Assembly: GCA_951406725.2 (NCBI GenBank)
Contig: OX597823.1
Span: forward strand, 99,758,001-99,822,000
Origin: Octopus vulgaris
Taxonomy: Eukaryota
Length of the DNA stretch: 64,000 nt
Direction of reading: 5' to 3'
Shown here piece by piece: positions 27,863 through 40,196 of this stretch (the first letter of the stretch is position 1; the number at the start of each line of letters is the position of its first letter). The translations under genes were made by a program, and so were the position numbers. The notes below the pieces were generated by a model, which had not been told where the DNA came from, did not search any database, and saw only the letters and a program-made list of their open reading frames with translations.

Positions 27863-28857
27863 TAGAAATTAACTTTGTACTTTTACATTCTAGCTGGATT
27901 ATCAGTAATAGGGCTGCAACATGAAAGCCCCCTAAAAATTAAAAACAGAAGCCACATTGCTTGATGGATATAGTTTACATTAAGGACTGTGTAGTTAGTT
28001 ATTATGTCTACCAATTACAATAGTTCACGAGTATCCTGCTTAGTTCCAATTAATAAATGGTCGTTTAACCAGTCACTCTAATTTGTTTCAATATTCATGC
28101 CATTTGTGGTGTGTATGCATTAGTTATTAATTTCATTGATCCCTTCTATTTCTTATGGATGTACTAACCCCCCCCCCATGCACACACACCTTTTTTTGTA
28201 TGACTGAAGTAAAAGAGTTGACTTTTCTAATCACTGACGGGAAGGAAGGAATTCTCTCCAGTCTTTTGCTGGCACACCTCCTCCTCCACCCCTCATCTAC
28301 CTAGACTGGTGAGACCAATGGTGCTGGTTTCTCAGTTTAAACATTTATAGATGGCAGAAGGGATGGGGAAGAGAGGATATTTCTAAGGGGTAGGGTTCTG
28401 GAGGCAACTGGTTAAGGAAAATAATTGATGTAATTATGTAAGGGGAGAAGATGGAGTAATGGCATGAGAAGAGAACTACATCAGGTGGGCTTTTGTGGAG
28501 TTGGTCTGTGACTCTCTTGTTGAGAAGAGATTGCAATGGCTGTGGAAGCAAGTGTGTGTTTTCTGGCTAATTTGCTCAATAACATTCTTTTGGATATGGT
28601 TTAGGTTGTTTGTATAAAAGACCATGTCGGGTACAGTAATATTGGTCAACGTGGAGCATCCCCCAACCTGATTGCAGTTGAAGTATTTTCCAGCCTTGAA
28701 GAAGAAACTTAGTCTTTGAGATGCAGTTATTGCAATGTTTAAACATCGTTCCATATGAGATTGGCAGAGGTTGTGAGGCAGAGTATTTGTAGTCAGTCTG
28801 GCCATTTTGTCATTTTTCGTACATAAAGTGTAACTGTGGAAGTTGGTGTCTGCATTC

Positions 28858-29230
28858 CTTCCTGAGGAACACCTCTTTGATCTTGCCCACAAGCTTGGCC
28901 TTGGTGTTGTAGACAGAGTGATTGGTGATCTTTCTCAGCCACACCCTAACCCATAGTAATCCATGGGATTACAATCGAGGAAATTAGGAGTTCTAGAAAT
29001 AGGAGCTTGTGAAGTCTTATAACTCTTTCTGGAAGTATGGAAAGGAACCAAATCCTGATGTCATACATATGGCCTCCCTGCAGCAACCTTCTCTAGCCAG
29101 TGATTGACCACAGTCTCCAGCTGTTTTAACATAGCCATCTGAACTGAGCCTAAGGCATTGTTCATCAGTTGTTGGATGAATTCTGGCATGTGGATGCAGC
29201 CAGAACACCTGCCATGTCCTTGGCCACTGG
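28858..29230 (-). pseudogene. Tc1/mariner (DD-D type, maT-like) transposase remnant
   Basis: Minus-strand translation LETVVNHWLEKVAAGRPYV*HQD..PFHTSRKS…DCNPMDYY resembles the QQD.AP.H and SPD.NP.D catalytic motifs; contains stops and deletions. Confidence 0.6.
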
Positions 29231-32200
29231 CCAACGGTTTCATAGACTCTGTTGCAGCTGTCCATGTCATGTCTTACAGCCTTTACAGTGTTCATGGACC
29301 ACTGAGCAGCAGTCACAGTGTTGATATTTTCATATCCAGTGGGAATCCTCACGAGACAGGTAACTTTTTTTTCAGGTATTCATTCACATGGCCTCCAGGC
29401 TTTGATGTCAGCTGTTTTCTCAACTACAATTTTAATCTTTATGCTCTCCAATGCCATTGACTGTTCATTAGGCTGTACCTTAAAAAAAAATGTAACAAAT
29501 TCATCAAATTTAGCCCAAACACCGTGTGTGTGTACGCACACTTTGGAGAAAGAGAGAGAAGTGTATAGAAAGATTGATTACAACTATAGATTAAAGCAAA
29601 TGTAGTTAAGTGAGGAAAAAGCTATGTACAGTAAGCAAAATAGTGAATGTGCGAGTGCAAGAAATGTGTAAAACTTAAAAACAGCTGGATAGTGATGTGG
29701 TCAGGAAAATTAGTGAAGCCCCACTTAATTCACTTAAAAGATAAAGATTTGAAAAAGGAGGAAATCTTTCAATAAGATTGAGGTGGGGATGATTTTTTAG
29801 TAATCCCCCCCCCCTTAAAGTTTGAGACAGGGTGAGATATGTGGCGTCTTTGAAAAAGAGAAAATGTAATTGGACATAATTTCCACTGCTGGTGTAATGA
29901 TGTGTGAGAACCTTTAGCTATGCGTTTGAGTAGAAATAGCCTGGCAATAACAAAGCAGAGTATTGGTTGCAGTTTCCTCTGGTTGTTAGTTGCTTCAACT
30001 TTCAACCTTGAAAGAGTATTTGGAATTTGTTAGGGTCACCACTTAGAACTGTTGTTATTGATATTTGTATTCAGTTCATGTCAATATACTTTCAGACACT
30101 GTCCAGATATCTCTGGTTTTGACTGTGGTCACAAGGCTTACTTGCATCAAATTCAAATGTAACTCTAAGAAACTGAAATTAATTATGATCTCTGTTACTT
30201 TCTTGAAGCAAATATCTCCATAAAAGCTCCAGTTATATCATCTCTCTTAAGTTATACAATAAGTTGACATATAGATATTTTTTTTCTTTTAATTATTAGA
30301 AACACTTACTTAGCTAAATGTAACATTTCTTCATTTCAAATTATTTTAAAATCTTTAGTTTTAAGTTTCTTAATACATTCAGCAAATATGTTCTGGCATA
30401 TAATTATAGGAAATGGTCAAGAGAAGACTTTTATTGTTTTCCTGGAGTGTTGCTGTATCTCTTTATTTCTGTTACATATTGAAGTTGTTTAGAAATTTCA
30501 TTAGTTATTATCGGAAAATGATTCAGTTTGACAATGATGGAGACTCAATAGCAAAGACCAGAATTCATTTGTATGACAGTTTTACAATATCTTAGTTGTT
30601 GAATTGTAAACAATTCAGAACCAACCACCATTATATATTGTTGAACCACTAAGCTCCTACCGTCTGCCTAATAAGCTTGTGGTAATTCCATTTTTTTTGG
30701 CTCTTATAGTACTTTTTAATGACAACGAAAATTTATTCAATTTCCATTGCTTAAACCTGAAACAAGTTCCCTCCTGCTACCACTGCAAATGATATTTCTG
30801 TTATATATTTTGACCGAAAACACATTTTCTTGAAAACAACATTATTGAAATCCTGGAAAAGGTTTCTTTGTTGCTTTTAACCGTAAAATACTAATTCGTT
30901 GCCACTGCATTTGGTTGCTTAATACTTGTTTAGATCTTTTTTTTTTACCGAGACATCCCCTGTCATCAGTTTGGCCAGATGCTGATTAACTTTAACTTTT
31001 TTCCACATATTTTATGAGTCTCTAAGACGAAACAATGAACTCTTTGCATTCAGTTTCTTGCTTTGTTATTTGTCTAGTAGTCTTACGTTTGGTTTGATTT
31101 ATTCACAGAGAAGAGTCATTTTTTAATTGGACCATTGCTTCAGTATGGCTTTGGTAACAAATAATCGTCTTGCATTGAAAGATGTAGGTCGTCATTGTGT
31201 CTTGTGCAGACTAATTTTCTTCTTTGTCGGGTGTTTCTTCTATTCGTGCTAATGTTGGTTTTCGTCTGCCTTTGAATGCTGCCACTTCTCACGTTGTGGC
31301 TGTTTACATAGATTGAAATACTTTGTAAATTGAGAAGCCTTTTTATTTTTTCTTTCCTTTCTATAGAAAAGACACTATTTTATGAAATATTAGTCTCAGT
31401 CTCGATTGTCATTTTCATTTGATACCTGAGCTGTTAGTTATTAGTCAACATGGAAAAACACCTTACCTATCAGGTAACATTTTCAACTTGATGACATTTG
31501 ATGCTGCAAAATGCTGGGATGGTTTTTACTTTTGTTTCTCTTTGATTTCTTGGTGTTTGCATAACAGACTCATGCTGCAGCTGTCTTCAATTGCTCTTTC
31601 TCATGTTTAATGTCTTCTCCTATATTCTATGATTTCAACTAATAACTGACTCCTTCCGAAACGTATCATTTGACATGAGCTTTACATTCAAATCATAGCT
31701 GTTAGATTGTAAATCTACTTGTGTTAAATTAGGTTTAGTTGTTCTTTAATTACTTCATTTAACTTGTCTGCCATATCTCTTATGACTAGTCCCATTTTAT
31801 TCCATAATTTCTAGTCTCAACTAGGGAAATTTAATGATATTCTGTTATTCATGTTTCCTTTCTCAATTGAAAAAAAAAAAAAGAAAGAAAAAAAGAAAAA
31901 AAACTTTTTTGATTTTATTTTTGATATTTCCTTGCTTCAAATCGCGTCTTTTATAAAATTGATGCCAAATTTTGCATCTGATTCTCTGCCAGTTTATATT
32001 AATTCAGTATGGGGCAATATGAAAAGAACGAACATCTCCTGTTTGTAGAGAGAATCTTTAAAACTGGAATTTTGCCAGAATTGCTGAGTCAAATCTCATT
32101 TATTTTCCAATATACCACTCACCCCTTAAAGGTGTCAAGGAATTATTATGGAAAATAATGATGATTATTCTTGCAGATTTGACTATTTCATGTCTGTTTA

Positions 32201-33138
32201 GTTCTCTTCCTTGAAGAAGCCTTACCATTAGAAGAGTGCCTATTTAACTTCAAAATAGCTGCTGCTGGTATATATTATATTCTAGCTACAGTTCTTCTTC
32301 AGTTTATAATATACTTTGTTTTATTTCTATATTTATCCTTTTATTTATTTTTGTTCTCAAATTTTACAATTTGTGATATCCTTTTTACTTATGCATTAAC
32401 CTTTTGACATCAAGTCTAGCTGGCACTTGTGATGATCATCACAAACTTTTTGTTTATCCAAGTAGGGAGTAAAAAAACAACAACAAAAGCTACTAAAATA
32501 GTAAATCTAATGTTTTTTTGATAGAAATCTGCTGTTTGCTTTTCTTTTAGGCTTGTGTGTAAAGTAAGGGTGCCAACTTATTTACGGCCACTATTTCCTC
32601 ATTAGCTATTCATCTGTTTAGAAAGCTCTGCATTTGTAGGCAATCCAAAATGTTTTCTGGTCATTTAGGAATTATATGAGCTAAAAAGAAAAAAGAAATT
32701 ATTTTGCAGAAGTAATTGTTTGAAAATTATGGAGGACACCTTACAACTTATAATTTAAATTCAGTGAGCATTTCAGTTGGAAACTTAGCTAACTTGACAG
32801 ATAGACACACAGACAGATAAATAGAGGAGAGACAGACAGAGTAGAACAAGAATAATTGCATAAGGTATAATTAGATTTTCCAAAATTTCAATTTCATTAG
32901 AATTGTTATTAGTTCTAGTTTAGTTAATGTAAATTGTTGTAAACAAATGTAGAATTTTAACTCCTGAAAATACTGTGGTATAAAACGTGTAAAAAGTTGA
33001 TAAAATCTGCAGAAGACAATCATTACATGATAGAAACCAACAAATGAAACCTTCTCAGTACATTGACTAATTCAAACTGATTCTAGTTTATTGGTGTTTG
33101 AAGAGTTTCTTTCTGGTTTTGAAGGCTATCGTTTCTGC

Positions 33139-33880
33139 ATCATCATCATCATCACCATCATTTAATGTCCGTTGTCCATGTTGGCATGGGCTGGAGGGTT
33201 TTGGCCAGGCCTGGCAATGTAGAAGGCTGCACCAGACTCCATTCTGATTTGGCATGGTTTCTATGGCTGGATGCCCTTCCTAATGCCAACCACTCTGAGA
33301 TTGTAATGTACCACCAGCATGTTTACACTTTGTCATACCTGTACACAGACATTGCACATCCAGCAAAGCATACTAGATTCATTTCATTCAAACCTACACA
33401 TGTCCTCAGTCATCACAGCCCTTTTTTCACTGCTGTGTAGCATAGTTGTTTGTGCACAGGTATCATACAATCCGCCTTTCACTTTGAGGGAGAGGCCCTT
33501 TGTTGCCAGCAGAGGTAGGAGCTCTCTGAACTTTGCCCAGCCTAATCTTATTCCCGAAGCTATGCTCTTGGAGCATCCACCTCTGCCACTAACTTGGCCA
33601 CCTAGATAATGGAAGCTATCTACTACCTCTAGCTTACCCCACTGGCAGTTGATGCAGTCTATTTTCTGTACATTTTTGGTGTTTACTGTACCTGTGCATC
33701 TTCCACAAACACACAAGCTATTTTCCCTATTAACCTTTCTGCACCTCTTATGTGTCCATAGCTTACGCTGGACACATTTTATGGTGTTTCTACCAACACC
33801 ATTTTTACAGATCAAGCAGGGCCATCTACCTGAGGGGATTTGTGATTTGTCTGCCTTCCTAGTTACCAAGACTTTGTTTA
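33139..33880 (-). mobile_element. RTE LINE 3' fragment with internal deletion (PHD-like finger plus 3' tail)
   Basis: ORF 33384-33869 is homologous to the 61880-62370 region (SGRWPC.IC…GVGRN); tail with (ATG)n at 33139-33320. Confidence 0.9.
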
Positions 33881-36121
33881 TTCTATAAATATCTTAGTTA
33901 CATATCTTAGTTAATTATATATTTTTTGTGATTATGTTACACACTAGCAGATTAGTTGATTGAACAATTAATGAAGCAATTAGTTAATTGGTTACATGGT
34001 TATCTAGTTGACTAATAATAATTCTTTCTACTATAAGTACATTTTTGGGAAGGGAGCTGTTTATTACCTTAGCGCTCAACTGATATTTATTTCATCAACA
34101 CCCAAAAAAGATCAGACAAAGTCAGTGTTGCTGGAGTGAATTTGTAAAGCTTTATAAACCTCCAGTGAGGTCTTGTGTTGGTTCTGTACCAATTGCATAA
34201 TACCATTCTATTTTTCCAAGATGCAGAATTTATATTAGTCGAACCAGTATCTTCATCCTGATTGTTGCTTTCACTAGATTTTGGCTGAAGAAGACTCCAG
34301 CCTTCTTCAAAATCCACTCTGTCACTGCCTACAGGCACAGTATAGTAGATAAAGACATTGGCTAATGCAGTGCAGTCACCTAGAGATTCTGAGTTCAATC
34401 GCAGGCAAGGCACTAAGGTGAATCCCAAGATTCTCAAAGAAGCCTGAAGCAGACACAGCTGAAACCTAGTGGAAAGCAACGAGCTAGACGAGGACGTCTG
34501 TCCAATTAGTCTAAACACTGTACGGAGTGTATATTGCTCATCTCAGAAATGTAGAATTGTAAGTTGGTTATTGCTGAACAAAGAAGGTTTATGTCTCTGT
34601 ATCAAGAATCATCTGAACCCTTTGTAAATTTCTGGTACCATCTTTAAGGGTCCACATTGTGTAGCCAGTAATGTTGATTAAGGGAATCAAACTATCACAG
34701 ATGAATTAAGATGAATGAAACTCCTTGAAGACATGTACCGTACGTACCAGGGAAGAATTATAGTTGGTAAATATACCACTCAATGCATATAAGGAATACT
34801 AATTCCTGTCATGATGCAAAAGAACTTTGGCTCATCCAAACCAAATCAGGCCTTGAAACAAACCAAGTATGCTGTCACTGGTGATGGTGCTTATCGTAGC
34901 AAGAGTGCCTCTTCTCTCAGAAGCATCCATGTTGGTAACATGGAATAACAGGATTAAACCTGTTGTGAATGGGTTCTTAGTAAAATTACATGTTCAATCT
35001 GGGTATTTAGTCCTTATATTTCAAGGAGACATGAAAATGTCATTGAGAAATATGAAATTGTTAAAATGAATGAACACTTTTCAATTGATATGTGGCTGAG
35101 AAAAAAACTTAACTTGTGGGTTAAAGCACTCATTAGCCTTCAGTAGTTAGACTCAATCACTGTGTTAGTGAACCTTCATATATATATATTGTTACATATT
35201 CGTTGTACAAATGCTCATTGTTGGACTGTTTATTGTACATCATTATGAATTATTTACCACATAACATTTGATTATTCAAAATAAATATTTATGATGGAGC
35301 TCCCTTGTCTAAAATAGATTTTTGTTAGATTTAGATTTATTATCAATGATATATTATGTTAGCATAAATTCCTTCCAAACAATGCGTTCTGTGTGATTTG
35401 TTCTTTACAAACTCACTGCTGCTTCAGTTTAATTAAGACTCGAAATAATTTTTAAAACTTATTTTTGCTTTTATCTTTTATTTACATTATTGAAATGTTA
35501 AGAATGTATGCATGTGATTTAAAACAAAACTAATTATTTTTATTTGCTTGTTGTTTGTTTTTTTTCCCTATTTTTATTAACTTCTTTTTCCTAGATCACC
35601 TGATGAAATGTGACACTCAAAATTATTAAAACTGATATTAGCAAAGTAATAAGTCCAGTATGATTTCTCTAATTGATCAAAGGATATAATTTTCTTTTCT
35701 GTTTTGCTTGACTTCACCACAAACTAGTTTTGGGAACAAATTTCTTTTGGCTACATCAGAATAAAATTAGAGGGTATTTTAATTGCAATAGTTTTTCCCT
35801 TTCCCTGATAAATAAACCAACGATTATTAGTGATAGTTACTATACACTAAATGCGGAAATAATTGATTCAATTCTTGTCATTTTGACAATGATATCCTTC
35901 AGAAATACTTTGTAGATTTATTTTTTATTTATTGTCACACTCTACGCACCTTTCTTGTTGCCATTGTCATAATTACCCTTATTTCTTTACCTCTTTCAAA
36001 ATTATTGTTAAATTTTTGTAATTACTTCCTTCAACATTTTCAATAAATTAGCTTTAATGTCACTTTTCTTTTATTCTCTTTCCGTAACCCTTATTTCACT
36101 TGTGTTTAGAAACAAATCCCT

Positions 36122-36350
36122 TTAACCCTTTCGTTACCGTATTTCTGTTGAGATGCTCTGTGTTTCTTTCAATTACTTTAAATGTAACAAAGAATTTGGT
36201 AAAATAACTTAGTTATCATTAAGCTGGTGTTAGAAACATAAATTGTGACTAAGGTTTGGTGGAAGATTTTAATTCAAAACTTATGCAGACAAGACATTTG
36301 TACTACAGAGCCTGAGCCAGTTTCAGCTGGGTTGGTAATGAAAAAGTTAA
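36122..36350 (+). mobile_element. piggyBac-type MITE
   Basis: TTAA|CCCTTTCGTTACC … GGTAATGAAAAAG|TTAA; reverse-complement match to 21322-21544. Confidence 0.85.
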
Positions 36351-37014
36351 CACAAGCTTTCTCAGCTTGTCTTTTAATTATTATTTTTTTTTTTTTGTTA
36401 CAATATTTTATTTTGACTAACTGAAATCATAGGAACACTTATTTGACTTAACCTAACTCAATAAGAATTGTATGCTTTTAGTCCTTATTCTGTGCTCACA
36501 GAAATGCCAAGACTGAATGATGATGTAGTTTTGTGTTTGGCTTTATCATTCGAAGTTTTCTTTCCATACCTGTAAGTTGAATACATCATCATCATCATTA
36601 TATGACCTCCCTTTTATGCTTGTAGGGGTTGCATAGATCATTATGATCTGTTTCACTTTTCATTCGCAACTATTTGTCCTCCTAAACTGGACTTTTACTA
36701 ATTGGTTTCTCTTCCTAACATTGACCATTAAGTGTCCTGGGTGCATCTTACCTTGGCACCAGTACTAGATAGGTTGTCATGTCTTTGACAAAACATGACT
36801 TTTGAGTTCTTTCAACTTTGTCATGTCTGCTCATTCACCGACCACTTTTCAGGGTGTACTGTGTTTAGTTTATTGACACAAGCGCTAAGGACTTGCCTTG
36901 TGCTCAGCAAGACAAAAAAGATCTTCACCAGTTTCCATTCAGGACAACATGACTACCAATGGTGATAAAAATAATAAGAAAAAGAGGTTGATTACAGCAA
37001 TGAACTGGCTGAAC

Positions 37015-37922
37015 TGTTTTTCCATGTTACACCAGACTGGAGGTTGGTGACTTGTAGTGCTCTAGGTCACCCATGCATGAGGAAATGGACATTAAAAGGG
37101 AGGAGTGATGAAAGTAGGATAAGTCTACATCTGGCAGCACTTTTACCCATTTTTTTCTGGTCGAATCCCCAGCTGCTGTCCCTTTTCCCTATTCAGTACC
37201 CTCCTGTCTCTCTCTACCAGATCCCTTCTCTCCCATCATGAAATCTGAATAATGGCTGAAGGGGGACGCAAAGAAGTGAGTGTATATTAGGAGAAAGAGA
37301 AGGTTGAAATGGAGAGGACACAGTGAAGATGAGGTGTAATGAGAGAAAGTGTAAGGGTCAGAGGTATTAGCTAGAAATAAAGATGGAGAGAGAGAGAGAG
37401 AGAATGGTGGATAATCTTAGAAATGCTTGATGGTAAAGAGAGTGTGATGGATGTTGATAGCAAGTGACCAAGAGAAAAAGTAATGGTAGATAGCTGTAAA
37501 GAAGCTGAATGTTATCTTATGTGTGAGAAAGAGAAAGAGAGAGCATTTGATGAATAGTGATGATAGCAATAGTAAGAGAGGGATGGATGTCATGAAAGGA
37601 GTGACTTGGAGGAGGAGGAGTGATGACTAGTAGCGTAGAAAGGTAAATGGAAGAGATAACAGACCCAGTGCAGGCAGCCATTATTCAGATTTCATGATGG
37701 GAGAGAAGGGATATGGTAGAGAGAGAGAGACAGGAGGGCACTGAATAGGGAAAAGGGACAGCAGCTGGAGACTGGACCAGAACAAAATGGGTAAAAGTGC
37801 TGCCAGATGTAGACTTATCCTACTTTCATCACTCCTCCCTTTTAATGTCCATTTCCTCATGCTTGGGTGGCCTAGAGCACTACAAGTCACCAACCTCCAG
37901 TCTGGTGTAACATGGAAAAACA
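37015..37922. repeat. Inverted repeat, ~245-bp arms (37015-37258 and 37675-37922) around a purine-rich spacer
   Basis: Arms read as reverse complements; the ORF track gives the same peptide on both strands (VTCSALGHP…KWTLKGRSDESRISLHLAALLPI). Confidence 0.95.
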
Positions 37923-38290
37923 AATGTATAACGCCGTTTGAACACTTTTGAAACCAACCTTAGTTCTCTGATTGAAAAAAAAACAACTTTAAATTGATCT
38001 CAGCTGGAACCCCGTTCATCAGAATTCTATGTTAATTTGTGTTGCACCAACAAAGGTATTAAAGTGATTGCAGTAAATTCTGCAATATTTTCAAAGGCAA
38101 TCAAAACACTAGCAGTGTATTTCAATATAGAAACAAAAGAGTTCCCGGATGATTTTGAATAAGATTAATCTTGGTAGAATTTAATTACACTAAAAGTGTT
38201 AAATTTTGAGTTGGCCATTTCTTGCTGTCACTTGACCTTATTTTGAAATGATGCTGTTTCGTCCTTGCAATGATGTCTTGAATTACTTTT

Positions 38291-38680
38291 GATGTGGTCA
38301 AGAAGTTTGCTTCCCAACTTCATGGCTTCCAGTTCTGTTTCATTGTGTGGCATCTTGAGCAAGTGTTTCCCATTATAGCCCCAAGCTGACCAAAGCCTTG
38401 TGAGTGAATTTGGCTGAAGGAAACTAAAAGAAGCTCTTTTGTATGTAGTGTCTATGTATAAGTTTGTGATAGTTTTAAACAAGTCACTGTCATACAAGTT
38501 GTCTCATTCACTCCCAGCATTTTGTGGGAATATATCTGGTTGGGGAAGACAGTGTCTACATTTGGAAACTTTTGTGGGATGGCAACAAGAAGGGTTTCTG
38601 GCCATAGAAAATCTGCCTCAATAAAGTCTGTTCAGTCTATGCAAGCATGGGAAACGGTTGTTAGGGTGTTGATGATGATA
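38291..38680 (+). mobile_element. SINE with a family-B head and an RTE-type tail
   Basis: Collinear with 24796-25175; ends gatgatgat. Confidence 0.7.
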
Positions 38681-38700
38681 CATGTATGAGTGTGTTTGTG

Positions 38701-38734
<34 letters not shown>

Positions 38735-39654
38735 TGTGTATGTGTGTGTGTATATATGTATGTATGTATATATATACACACACACACGCACACAAACATA
38801 CACAAGTTGACGTAATGTCTTGTGCATTTGTCTCCACTTCCGTCTATTTGTGTTATGTCTTTCTCTACACAAACACAGTGATATGCACACACACACACAC
38901 ACACACATACACACACACAAACACACACCTATCAAAGCCATGAAGTGTTGAACACTGACACACATCCTATTTAATGTAGGTCACAGTATACGAATATTGA
39001 TTTCTGATGCTATATCAACTAAAACTAAGCCTGTTGTTGTTGTTGTTCTTTTCTTGGATGTTCTAACAAGTCTCTACAAATGTCTGCACTAACTGCTGCT
39101 GCTGCCATATGCGATGCTCCTCCTCTTCACCCCCACTCCCTCACCCCACTCTCTCCATTGCTATTCCTGTTCACATCTATTTATGTCTTCTTTAAAAAGT
39201 TATTTTCGTCTTTCGAAAATCAGCTGTTTGTTGATGTGTGTGTGGGTACCTGTATAAGTGTGTGTGTGTGAGAGAGTCTGCTTGTACCAGGAGTACAATA
39301 ATCGGTAAAGAATTTAATGCTATCTACATCAGCCATGAAGTATAGATTTTTCCCAATCTATTTGGCTTTTGTTTTTTGCTTTGCTCACTTGCCTCTCATA
39401 TTCTTTTGGCATTAAATTCAGTTGGGTTTTGTTTTTTTTTACCTTTTTTTGTATATTTTGTTTCTTTATTCCATTGATTTTTCTATTTATTTTGTCACTT
39501 TATTGTTATTTTAAATTCATATTTTTAATCAGTTTTTATTGTTAGCTTTAATGGTAAAGCACACTTTGCTGATTTCATTTGGTTCTTAATGTTTCTACTT
39601 TCCATTTGCATCTACTTGTCTTTAACCATTTTCTATTTCGGTTCAGTGCATGTG

Positions 39655-40196
<542 letters not shown>

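Noticed and set aside
34360-34500. SINE-like segment with a B-box and cctgaag…gaaac motif, overlapping ORF 34087-34518
   Set aside because: Too degenerate to fold as a ribozyme; the ORF has no recognisable homology
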